A stretch of DNA of 64,000 bases from a virus. Taxonomy: Duplodnaviria > Caudoviricetes. Below the pieces are notes generated by a model. That model was not told where the DNA came from. It made no database searches and worked only from the letters and a program-made list of their open reading frames with translations. The translations under genes were made by a program, and so were the position numbers. The stretch lies in the IMG/VR virus record IMGVR_UViG_651703101_000001, positions 96,001-160,000 of that record; one strand, written 5' to 3'. Positions 51,653 through 62,376 of this stretch are shown piece after piece (position 1 is the stretch's first letter; each line of letters starts with the position of its first letter).

Positions 51653-51929
51653 TATGAATAATCTGTCTATTTTCTGTACGTTACTTGGAAATGACTGAAC
51701 AAATTATTGGTGTAATTCAACCTATTTCTTTTACTATCACTTATGATAAACAAAATATAGATGACTACCTGGAACAGTGTGAAGAAAACAAAGAAACTCC
51801 TACACAGGAAGGATATAATCTCTACGCGCTGAGTAACTTTGAGTGTATGTTGGAAGAATCACCAAAAGCTTCATACTTCAATCGATCCATTGAACAAAAT
51901 GGATATATCGTTACTGATAATAGTATTGA

Positions 51930-52415
51930 ATGAAATTACCTTACGAAATCGTCCCAACAACTATTTTTAGGGAAACGGAATCAGTTTCTTTCTACGATTG
52001 CACAGTTCCAAATACAAATGGATGTGATGTTGTGAGGCATGGAGCATTTGCATCATCCCCACCATTTGATGGGCCATTCCCGCAATTCTACGTTCATTCC
52101 GAACAGGTTGATAACAATCTCTGTGTAAGTGGATTCCGAATCTTTTATCTGATCGATATATATGGTGAGAATCCATATCACATCGTAACTCTATCACCAT
52201 CTGTTGGAAGCCTTCGTATTCCAAAAGGTGTCTACCATCGTTCTATTTCTTTAGAAGAAGGTAGTGTTCTGATTAACCAATCTGAAAGGACTCCAGAGTT
52301 TGATGTGACTAAAGAATTTGTTCCAGTATCTACTGGAAGTAATCTTCTTCTTTATGATATCATTGATCGATATGAACCTATCATCAATGATCTAGCAAAA
52401 ATCTGGAATAAATAA
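51930..52415 (+). CDS. cupin-fold protein
   Basis: FYVH..QVDN...LRIPKGVYHRS. Confidence 0.55.
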   Translation: MKLPYEIVPTTIFRETESVSFYDCTVPNTNGCDVVRHGAFASSPPFDGPFPQFYVHSEQVDNNLCVSGFRIFYLIDIYGENPYHIVTLSPSVGSLRIPKGVYHRSISLEEGSVLINQSERTPEFDVTKEFVPVSTGSNLLLYDIIDRYEPIINDLAKIWNK

Positions 52416-52440
52416 CTCACGAAACAAGAGGCTTTATGAA

Positions 52441-52788
52441 TTGGAAAATGTTATCCTGGGTGTACATGCACTAACTAGAATAGATGGTGCATCTTTCGAT
52501 CAATTAAATAATTTTGGTAAACTACACAAAACATTTATAGATACAGTTAAACTTTATGAATTGAGTTCAATTAGTGAACCTCTTATTCATCAATTTCATC
52601 CATATGGATTGACTGGTATTATTCTTCTAGCAGAATCACACATTTCCATTCATACTTGGCCAGAATTAGGTAAGGCGACTCTTGACGTATTTACCTGTGG
52701 GCAAAGATCATCAGAAGATATTGCAAACTACTTCGCAAGTTGTCTTACTGATGAAGAAAACTTTGATACACAAATTGTTTATCGTTAA
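52441..52788 (+). CDS. speD: S-adenosylmethionine decarboxylase-like proenzyme
   Basis: HQF.PYGLTGIILLAE-SHISIHTWPE...DVFTCG self-cleavage motif. Confidence 0.9.
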   Translation: MENVILGVHALTRIDGASFDQLNNFGKLHKTFIDTVKLYELSSISEPLIHQFHPYGLTGIILLAESHISIHTWPELGKATLDVFTCGQRSSEDIANYFASCLTDEENFDTQIVYR

Positions 52789-53225
52789 TCACAATGAAAA
52801 TCTACCAAACGTATCGTCAATCGGATGAAATCGAAGGGCGAGGACCGATGCTTCCAGATTTGGCATTTAAATATAAAATTCATGCAGAAAGGTATATTGA
52901 TTCCCAACCAGGAATCATGGGTAGAACTGCAGAATGGTCCAAAGAAGTCTATGGAGACTGGACTATCAAAACTGTTGACATTCTCGATTTTGATGTTGTT
53001 GAGGCAGGTGTAGAAAAGGTGAGAACTAAACTCCGCGCCCAGGAAAAGTTTGAATACTTCCTTTCTACTCTCACGGATGAAGAAATCGAATTCCTTGAAC
53101 TGTGACACTCAACCAACTGGCACAAGCCCCTTGACTTCCCCGGTAAGATCGGTTATGCTAGCTAAGTGGTCGGGGTTGAGGGTTCCCTTACTCATTGATT
53201 CCGACCTACTAAATAAAACAGACAA

Positions 53226-53300
53226 GCCCGATTAGCTCAGAGGACAGAGCACTTGGCTACGAACCAAGGTTATGCGTAGGTTCGACTCCTACATCGGGTG
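53226..53300 (+). tRNA. tRNA-Arg(ACG)
   Basis: Cloverleaf, loop CTACGAA. Confidence 0.88.
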
Positions 53301-53327
53301 CTTGATAACTAAATAAGTTATCTAATT

Positions 53328-53412
53328 GGAAGGCCAAGCCGATGGGTGACGGCAACTGTCTTGAAAACAGTCGAGTGTAAAAGCCTTGGGAGTTCGACTC
53401 TCCCGTCTTCCG
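53328..53412 (+). tRNA. tRNA-Ser(TGA)
   Basis: Loop CTTGAAA, long variable arm. Confidence 0.85.
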
Positions 53413-53447
53413 CTTAGTCCTGAATAAGACTATAAACTATTCTATAT

Positions 53448-53521
53448 TGCGGGATAGAGCAGTCTGGTAGCTCATCAGTCTCATAAGCTGAAGATCGGTG
53501 GTTCAAATCCACCTCCCGCCT
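53448..53521 (+). tRNA. tRNA-Met(CAT), initiator-like
   Basis: 1-72 mismatch, TAGAGCAGTCTGGTAGCTC D arm, loop CTCATAA. Confidence 0.85.
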
Positions 53522-53553
53522 TTAGTCCTAGGTAAGACTATAAACTATCTTAA

Positions 53554-53627
53554 GCCGATGTAACCCAACTGGCAGAGGTAGATGTATGAGATGCATCTCA
53601 GTGCAGGTTCAAATCCTGTCATCGGTA
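53554..53627 (+). tRNA. tRNA-Leu(GAG), short variable arm
   Basis: Loop ATGAGAT, Leu-type D arm. Confidence 0.75.
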
Positions 53628-53711
53628 TTAGTAATGGAGGGCATCAAGCTCATTTTCCTGACAAGGGTTTGCGGGGTAGCTTAGACGGAAGAAAGCGTTC
53701 TATTTGATATT

Positions 53712-53783
53712 GGGAGCATAACTCAGTGGTAGAGTTCCTGTTTTACACGCAGGCAGTCGGGGGTTCAAATCCCTCTGCTCCTA
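53712..53783 (+). tRNA. tRNA-Val(TAC)
   Basis: Cloverleaf, loop TTTACAC. Confidence 0.9.
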
Positions 53784-53841
53784 TTGAGTGAGGATATTTC
53801 ATCCAAACAACTCAAAGTCAAATTATTTTTAGTATGTTTTT

Positions 53842-54477
53842 ATGAAGCTTAATTCTTCTATTGTCGTTGCAATTCTTGCATTCGGCGTAATGGTTGGTGG
53901 TCCCGCATTCGCCAGTGGTAGTGATAAGGGAGTGAAGATTGATAATCGTGATAGTAACACCAATCACAATCAAGATCATAATACCAATACCAATAACAAT
54001 CAAGACACCAATAACAACACCAATAACAACAAGGCCTATGGTGGAGCTGGGGGTTCTGCTAAACAAGGTCAGGCTCAAGGTCAAGCACAAGGGCAACTTC
54101 AAGGTCAGGCTCAGGGTCAAGCAATTGTTGGTTCTGGTAACTCTGCTCAAGGTCAAAAACAAAGTGTCAATGGTTCCGGTAACTCTTCCGTAAACAACAC
54201 TGTCGGCGGTCAATCTACTTCTGTCGGTGGCCAATCTAACTCGCAATCAAGCAGTTTCGTTAACAGTAATGTTTATCTTCCTGAGCGTATCAATCCTACC
54301 CCTGTGATCGATTATGCAAACACTGTTATCGGTGGTGTTGCATGTCCTACTCCCGGTCTAGTTGGTGGAGTTTCTTATGCTGATGGAAACTATGGTTTTG
54401 GTGGCTACGGTGCTGGAAGTGATGTAGTTGCAACTCTCGGTATTCAAGTACCGTTTGCAACAAACGGTGTTAAGTGA
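53842..54477 (+). CDS. exported N/Q/G-rich low-complexity protein
   Basis: Signal peptide ending PAFA, NTN and QGQA repeats. Confidence 0.7.
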   Translation: MKLNSSIVVAILAFGVMVGGPAFASGSDKGVKIDNRDSNTNHNQDHNTNTNNNQDTNNNTNNNKAYGGAGGSAKQGQAQGQAQGQLQGQAQGQAIVGSGNSAQGQKQSVNGSGNSSVNNTVGGQSTSVGGQSNSQSSSFVNSNVYLPERINPTPVIDYANTVIGGVACPTPGLVGGVSYADGNYGFGGYGAGSDVVATLGIQVPFATNGVK

Positions 54478-54482
54478 ATCCT

Positions 54483-54503
54483 GGGAGCTTCGGCTCCCTT
54501 TTT
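54483..54503 (+). terminator. intrinsic terminator
   Basis: GGGAGC-TTCG-GCTCCC-TTTTT. Confidence 0.85.
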
Positions 54504-55233
54504 AATTATGACAACGAAAGGAATTAGCGACGAAACCTTTACTAGATTTCTAGAGTTGTGTGAAACCCTACATATCTCTCCACTAGCATCTTCTGCTCTT
54601 GGGGATATGTTATATGAAGTCTATTATGAAGGTTATGATTCGGGTTGTCATGATACAAATCTGAAAAATGATCTTAAACGCGGAATTGAAAGATGGGCTG
54701 ACAAGATCGGGAAACCGATTCAGAAGCCACTTGAGAAACTGGCACAAGAGGGGTTGTGAAGCCCCTCTTTTTTGTGGTATTCTTTAGAAGTGATCGAGGG
54801 ATGACCCAATGAACTGGCGTGAACGTGAGGCCCGGCTGCTGGCAATTTTTGAAGAATATGGCCTTACTGGTTCTCAATATCTTGGTCTTCATGCCGAGAT
54901 CGAAGAACTAATCGAAGAAGTTCGTTCTGATGCATATGACGATGGTGCTTATGACGAACGAGCAGTTCGATATTAGAGTACAGATCTAAATGATCATCTT
55001 CGGTAACTGAAAACGATGAAAACCCGTAAAACTTTCGACGTTAAAGAACTCAAGAATTGGGTGAACGAACGTCTGGCTCTTGATAACTACTCTTGTCAAG
55101 AGAAATATGGCATGATCAACACTCTGGATCATGTTCTCAATGTGACTGGAAACTATCAAGGTTTCTGTTACCTTGATAGTTATGACAGTGAAAACTGGTC
55201 TATGGAAAAGGATGTTCGTCGTAGGTACTACTG

Positions 55234-55688
55234 ATGGCACAATCGATGTTAGACCAGATGATTATTCTGGCAACCAGACTACATAAAGGTCAGGTAGATC
55301 GAGCTGGCCAGCCGTACATTCTTCACCCGCTCCGTGTCATGTCGAATCTTAGGATTAAACATGATGAAGAGCTGAATTGTATTGCCATTGGTCATGATCT
55401 GCTTGAAGATACTTCAGCCAGACGTGATTACTTGAGTGTTTTCTTCACTCAACGTATCGTCAATGGTATTGATGCTCTGACAAAAAGAAAGGTCAGAGTT
55501 ATGAAGAATACCAAGAGCGGGTGATGAGTAATTCGGATGCTGTGATCGTCAAGTTCTCCGACTTGATGGATAACGCAAATCTGAATCGACTCACTGACGT
55601 AGGGATGAATATCAAACCGAACGATATTCTTCGTCAACAAAAATACTTGGCCTTTGCCAAGAAGTTAGATCATCTTATGTCCTCCTAA
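55234..55688 (+). pseudogene. HD-domain hydrolase (SpoT/Mesh1-like), split by a frameshift
   Basis: H.GQ.DR.G.PYI.HP...HDLLEDT in frame 1; GQSYEEY...VKFSDLMDN...KY continues in the -1 frame after CAAAAAGAAAG at 55481-55491. Confidence 0.75.
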
Positions 55689-56306
55689 AGGAAAGAACAA
55701 TGAAAGTTCCTAACTGGCAAAAACACTCCAACAAACAAAAGTCCACAAAGGGAACCTGTAAGGGTGTCATTCGAGCCCGCAAACAAGCTCTCAAGGCATT
55801 GAAACTCAAACTGAATGTGAAATAAACATGTCTTATGAAACTGCCGGTTGGAAATGTTTTGGTGCAATTCTGAATGATGAACTGGTTGCAATCAACCAAA
55901 CATATTCTGGTATCAAAAGTGACATTTACCAATTACTTCTGACGGAAGATTCAAAATATAGTAAAGATCTATTGGATTATAAAATTGTAGAACATGTCGT
56001 ATTAACTCGGAAAATGTTTTCTGAACTTAATCCAAAGTTAAAGTTTATTTTAGATAAAAAGAAGATTGGGATTATAATAAATGATTACTACAAGTGAACA
56101 TAATCGTCTACTTGAACTCTATGAACTTATCAAAGTGAATGGAGTTCAGAATATGAAACAGATTGAGCTTGATGAGTTCTCTGCACTTATGGCACTAAGT
56201 TTAGACGGGTGCGGAGACGGTGCACCAGTTCAGGAAGTGGCACATGATGCCTGGTAGGGGTGGAGCTCCTGTAGTACGATAGCTAAGTAAACAAAGAGAG
56301 ACTAAA

Positions 56307-57089
56307 ATGTTTGTAACTCTCTTCTCGGATTTGCACCTGGAGTTCGATAAAGAAGATAAACGATTTCATCCAGGTGAAGGTGATGTTCTGATTCTCGCAG
56401 GTGATATTTGTACTGCCGCGGATATCAACAAACTTAACCCTCACGGTAGAATCTATCGTGCCTTCTTTGATGAGTGTGTCAAGAACTACAATAAAGTGTT
56501 CTATGTGATGGGGAATCACGAGCACTACGGCTATAACTTCACTTACACTGCAGAGAAACTTCGTCAGAATCTTCCTGAGAGTGTGACACTTCTTGATAAA
56601 CAATCGGTGAAGTATAACGGTTGGAACTTCATGGGTGCTAGTCTGTGGACTAACTTTGCTGGTGGGAATCCTCTTGCAATGCAATTGGCCCAAACCTCAA
56701 TGAATGATTACAAAACCATCCGTTATGGTTCCCAGTATCGTAAACTTCTACCAACAGACATTCTAAGAGAGTTTAGTCAAACTCTCTATTGGATGGAGGG
56801 GGCCCTGCTGGAGGCCGAAGGTCCGGTGTTCATGATTACTCATCATCAACCTTCCTATCAATCCCTGGATACTTCGTATCGGGGAAGCCCACTTAATCCT
56901 TGTTATGCATCCGAACTGAGTAATCTAATTATTGCTCATCCGCAAATCAAGTTTTGGGCTGCAGGGCACACTCACGTTTCACTGGATTATCCAATCGAGC
57001 AATGTCGTGTTCTCGCTAACACTCGCGGATATGAAGGTTACGATCTGAATCCAGACTTCAACAGAGCGTTCAAGGTAGAACTTACCTGA
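56307..57089 (+). CDS. calcineurin-like metallophosphoesterase
   Basis: SDLH, AGD, GNHE, THH and GHTH motifs. Confidence 0.92.
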   Translation: MFVTLFSDLHLEFDKEDKRFHPGEGDVLILAGDICTAADINKLNPHGRIYRAFFDECVKNYNKVFYVMGNHEHYGYNFTYTAEKLRQNLPESVTLLDKQSVKYNGWNFMGASLWTNFAGGNPLAMQLAQTSMNDYKTIRYGSQYRKLLPTDILREFSQTLYWMEGALLEAEGPVFMITHHQPSYQSLDTSYRGSPLNPCYASELSNLIIAHPQIKFWAAGHTHVSLDYPIEQCRVLANTRGYEGYDLNPDFNRAFKVELT

Positions 57090-57120
57090 AAACTCTCTGT
57101 TTTCTTTACTCACTCAAATC

Positions 57121-60100
57121 ATGTTCAATTCTAACAAAGAACCCAGTTGTCTAAACTGCAAATTTAGACGTAAATCACCAGCCGGAAGGGATTTCGACAA
57201 GTGTGAAAAGCATAGAGATACTTCCGGCCATGAGGCCCAGTTTATCAGTATTGTTCTGGAGTACAGTATGTTTTACAACGGATGCACACCAGGCAATTAT
57301 ATTCACTGGGAGAGAAAACCATCCATTCGTGAGAGGATCCGTAATTTTATTCAACGATTTTCTAAATCCAATCAATCATGAAAAACTTTAATCTTGTATC
57401 TGCTATTTGTTTGTTTGGGTGGGTTTCTGGAGTCGTATTATCTCCAACTTGGAACTATAAGTTGGTTGCAGCGATCTTTCCTCCATATTCCTATTATGTT
57501 TTGATGGAACGCGTGATCACTGTCTATGCACCAGATCTTCTAATCAAATGAAAACACACCAACTAGGCACAAAACTTTTGTCCCTTCCTAACATCGAAGT
57601 GATGGTCGAGGATTCTCTTGGACCCATGGACATTAGTTCGGTTCAACTCTACACAATCACCGATCAAGATGCGGAGGATTGTGGAAACTGTGAAGGTAGA
57701 GTTGGTGAAGAAGTTGTTACTATTTACGTTGAGAACTGATTATGGTTTCCTTTGAAAACGCCTTTATTGCTCTGGTCCAAACTATCTGTGTTGGTGGACT
57801 TTGGGTTGGTCTCGTTGTATCTAATGCTGATGAACTGAATAAGGGTAAAAACATGATTCCTGCAGTACTTGCTGCTGTTACATGTACTGCAATCTCTGGT
57901 GTTGCATCTCTTGGTCTGGCCTACCAATCTCAAAACAAAAATCGTAAACCCTACTGATCATGCTTTCCGTAGAACAACGTAACTGTCGAAACTGCAACCA
58001 TTGTGTAGTTCCTTATCCCAATAGTCCTCAGTTAGATAGGTGTCTTCTTTATGGGTCTTATTGTGATATGATTCTTAATACTCATACGAGTAAATTTATT
58101 GTCGGTGGACCTTCTTGTAAACCCGATGATCTTATTTCTTGGACACCTAAACCTCTAAACTTTTGGCAGAGGATTTGCAAATGGTTCAACACAGACTGAT
58201 TCAACTAACTAACAAAAACAAATGACTATCCTTGCAAAGTTTCAATGTGACTGGGCTGATGAACATGATGTTTATGGGCTTAAGGTTTATGATTCTAGGG
58301 AAGAACTGGAGAAGGTCTTCACCTACATGACCGCTTATTGGGAGGAATATCCAGGTAAAGAAGTCGAACTAGGTTTCGGAACAAACGAGTACCTAACCTT
58401 TGACAGCATTAAGAGTTTCCGTGAGTGTTTTACCATCCTAGACATTTCAAATGTAGAGTTTGAAACATTGAAGAAGTTCTTTGCCTGTCGTTGGAATGAA
58501 GATCGTGTCGAATTCGGTTACACCGGATGGGATAAGATTATCGACCAGGAGATTCCTTACGGGGATGATGATAAGAACGAACGACTTGACATTCTAGCCA
58601 AAAAACTTTGGCCACCTAGGAAGTTCTGAAATGGGTGTGCCAGTTGGATTTCTGGCACACCTTCTCCCCAAAGCCACCCGTGGCCTGTCATTATAGCTTC
58701 ACAAGGAAAGGAAACCAATGTCTGACTTCCGAATCTCTCATGGCCCTGATGTGGAATGGGCTGATGACCTCGATGAGGCTCGCGATATTGCCTTTGATTG
58801 GTCTGTCGAAGAGCACGGTGCACGCATCACCATTGAGGATCTGCGAACTGGTAAACTGACTCAGGTGTGGGCATGACCTTTCAACACTATCTGGATTCTG
58901 CCAATCGTTACTATGTGCAGAACAGTAAGGACCTTCGTTATGGTCAAGCCATGATGAACTTCCTTTGTCTTGTGTGTCCTGAACTTGACGCAAAGATCAC
59001 AGGAACTGATGTAGATCCTTTCTACGATGATAATCGTGTTCCTGTGTTCCTAGAATACCTGGGCAATCATTGGGACAATTACTTCACTAATTAACAATGA
59101 ACATTTCAACTTACAACTTCACTGGTGATTTTGTTACCTATCTTGGTTTCATTGGAATTGTCAGTACCGCAATCATTTTGATTGTTGCCTACCGTCGTTA
59201 TTGGACTTCTCCCTACCGAAAATGAGTAAGAAAGATAAAAAGAATAAGACCAAAAAGGTCAGGGTTCGTCCGCCTCTTTCTTACAATATGGAAGAGGTTA
59301 TGGAGACCGCAAGAACGGTCATCACGATCAATCCTCACATGCGGGATCGAACTGCAAAACACATGGCAGAGTCGATCATTTCTTCTGTCAATCGAGCTTT
59401 TGCAGAAAACTCTTGGTTTGTATCAACTGCAGGATGGTTTTGTTTGTTTGATGAATGGGAAGAAAACACATTCGTTGAGTTTTATGTTCAGGTGGACATG
59501 ACTCATAAGGTTCTCAAAGAAATCACAAACTCTGTCTTTGACAAACCAAAAATGGTTGAACAGTCCACTGCATTCAATGAGGTTGTTTCCTCAAAATACA
59601 TTCACTCTAACTAATTTATCATGTTGATGCCTACCGATTTCGTCAAAATTTACGACAAACATCTTTCTCCTTTTACTATGAGAGAGAATGATAATTTCCC
59701 TTTTGCATATATGGATCTTCAGTCTGTTAACCCAGAAGGTAATGTAAATGATCGCGAGTTGTTTGCATATCCTGAGCGAATCACCCCGGAACAATGGGCT
59801 CCCTATTGGGAACGCATTGTTGAAGTATTTTCAGTGATTAAAAGTAATCCATCTAACTTCAAGATGGATACTTGGCACTGTGGAACTTCTCACTGCATCG
59901 CAGGCTGGACTCAGTTTCTCTATACTAAAATCCAAGATTCTGATACTGCAGGATACGTTGGTGAAGATTATCTTTCTCCACTTATGCGTCCTTTCTTTCA
60001 TGTTGTTGAACCTATCTTTGATGATGAAGACAACATTATCGAGACAGCAGAAGATGCTATCATGCAATACCTGATCGATCCGGTCTTGGAAGAGGCTCGT

Positions 60101-61614
60101 AAAGACGGAATGATTCCGATGGATTTGCCCATTCGACAAGCCTGCCTGGCTTCTTGACTCTAATGGAACTTTAAGGGAACCCTAATGGTCCTCTTATGGA
60201 CCCTAGGGCTCCCTTGCCTTATTGTAGCTACATAAGGAAAGGAAAGCCAATGACCGTTCTCGATGCTCCCAGCAAAGTCCAGTTTCAAGTCGAAGGCCTG
60301 ATCGAAGTTCTCAACGAACGATGGAAAGTTGACGCAATTGAGTCTGGTCATATCTACTATCACCAACTGACCTACAGTTCTGGTGGTAAGTTCTACAAAC
60401 TGATCTGCAACTACGGTTGTGGTCATTATGGGAATCAGCGTTCCGTCTACATGTTTGTGGACAAACTGACCGGCAATTGTTACAAAGCCGCATCCTGGAA
60501 TGCTCGTGCTGCTGGTGTTCGTTACACCATGGATCAGCTGATCGAAAATCCTGAGCTCTGCGATCCTTACGGTTCGTTCCTTTATCTTCGTTGAATCATG
60601 AAAAGTCAAATCTTTGAAGTTGTTGTCAACCGTTGTTATGGTGGATTTGGCCTCTCCAATGATGCATGTGACCGTTTAGTGGAACTAGGTTATACTGGTC
60701 TCAAACGTAATCCAAACTATGGGAAACATTCGTGGGAACCAAAATACTATGGGGACACTAACATTGATCGTCATCATCCTCTTCTCGTGCAAGTTGTTCG
60801 TGAGTTGGGAAAGAAAGCAAATGGAGAATGTGCACAATTAGAAATCGATAAAGTCTATGGACTTTATCGTATTAAAGAATACGATGGAATGGAATCCATC
60901 GTAGAATATGGTGAAGACGATTGGGTTAGTCCTGCATTTTACTGAATTAAAATGAAAATGTTTTACCGTGTCATTCTTCTTCGTATCTATGAAGATGGTC
61001 GGATCTCCAATCAGACCAGCATTCATCCTACCGAAGATAATGCATGTCACTATGCGAAAGGGGCACTTCTGACTGGTTCTGCTGATGGATTCGCTGTCAT
61101 CGAAGAATGCAAAGATGATTGGAACGTTGTACTCCAACATCTGGATGTTACCCATTATTGTGTCACGCTCCGTAACGACATGTTCCGAATTGAACGTGCA
61201 CAACAACCTGTTTCTGTATGATTGAAAATAGGGCCAGGATTATATCCTCTTTGATTATCTGTGTTGCGTATATCGTGACCTTTTATCATGATATACAGCT
61301 GGGATCCAGATTGTATCTTGTGGGGAATATTCTGGCACTACCTTATTCCATCAAACATAAATTATGGGATATGGTAGCCCTTCTATCATTTTTTATCATC
61401 TTCGGTATACCTAAAGTAATCGGGTAAAACAATGAACAAAACTGATATCCTTGCATTTGCTGAAGAGTGTCATGCTCGTTCAGTTACTGCCCTGTTGAAT
61501 AACAAAGCACCTGCAGGAGGTGAATTCAAAACTTCCGGTGAACGTTATGCATACATTGCTGGTATGCAAGCAACTGTTATTGAAAAACTGGTAGAGTATA
61601 TCAAAACACACTGA
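57121..61614 (+). other. run of small hypothetical early ORFs
   Basis: Packed plus-strand ORFs of 60-180 aa with no recognisable enzyme motifs. Confidence 0.55.
60160..60235 (+). promoter_or_regulatory. 11-bp-periodic direct-repeat promoter element (copies at 62637-62710 and 63950-64000)
   Basis: TAATGG/TAAGGG/TAATGG/TTATGG at 60161, 60172, 60183, 60194, then GCCTTATTGTAGCTAC. Confidence 0.7.
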
Positions 61615-61824
61615 TTTTCCGTAAATCCAATTCATTTTCCGTAATCAAATGTTTATTTTTCTTTCTTGCATTTACGTCTTTTGTGGTGTTTGTGTTTTCT
61701 GTGGGATGTTTGAGAAACACTTTCCTCTTGCGGAAATTCTTTTCGTATGTTTTTTGTCATTGATCTGGCCGATTACTCTACTCGGAATGACAGTATTTAA
61801 GTTTACTCGTTTTATCAATAGACT

Positions 61825-62376
61825 GTGAATATATTTGTAGTCGATAAAGATCCTATCATTGCTGCACAGTTACTACCAGATAAACATGTAGTAAAGATGC
61901 CATTAGAAACATGTCAGATGGTCTCTGTTGTCTATTCTCACTGGTATTGGAATATCGGTGAAATCTACAAGAAAGATGGCAATCCATACTCTACAAAGAC
62001 TGGTGCATTTCGTAATCATCCATGTACAGTATGGGCAGCTAAAAGTAAAGAAAACATGGCCTGGTTATTAGGTCATGGTCTTTCTTTGTGTCATGAATAC
62101 ATCTGGCGTTACGAAAAAATACATGCATGTCATGACACTCTAAGAGACGCATTCAAGTTATTTAAAGAATATACAGGAAGAAACCCATACGAACTCTGGG
62201 CTGAAGCAGAAAACACATCTTCCTATAAGTTTGTTCGTGCGATGCCAGAAGACATTAAACACAATAAGAATATCGATGACGTGACAGCATATAGAATCTA
62301 TGTTGCATCTAAGCCATGGGTGAAAGACAACTATCTACGTAGGCCTGAAAGAAAACCAAACTGGGTCCCACAATGA
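61825..62376 (+). CDS. pyrimidine-dimer DNA glycosylase (DenV-related) family protein
   Basis: MNIF..D.DP..AAQ.L.DKHVVKM.LE..Q, NHPCT.W, EY..RY.K.H. Confidence 0.75.
   Translation: MNIFVVDKDPIIAAQLLPDKHVVKMPLETCQMVSVVYSHWYWNIGEIYKKDGNPYSTKTGAFRNHPCTVWAAKSKENMAWLLGHGLSLCHEYIWRYEKIHACHDTLRDAFKLFKEYTGRNPYELWAEAENTSSYKFVRAMPEDIKHNKNIDDVTAYRIYVASKPWVKDNYLRRPERKPNWVPQ

Noticed and set aside
31547-53783. Suppressor tRNA or genetic code reassignment
   Set aside because: No CTA, TTA or TCA anticodon was found, and long genes read normally in the standard code.
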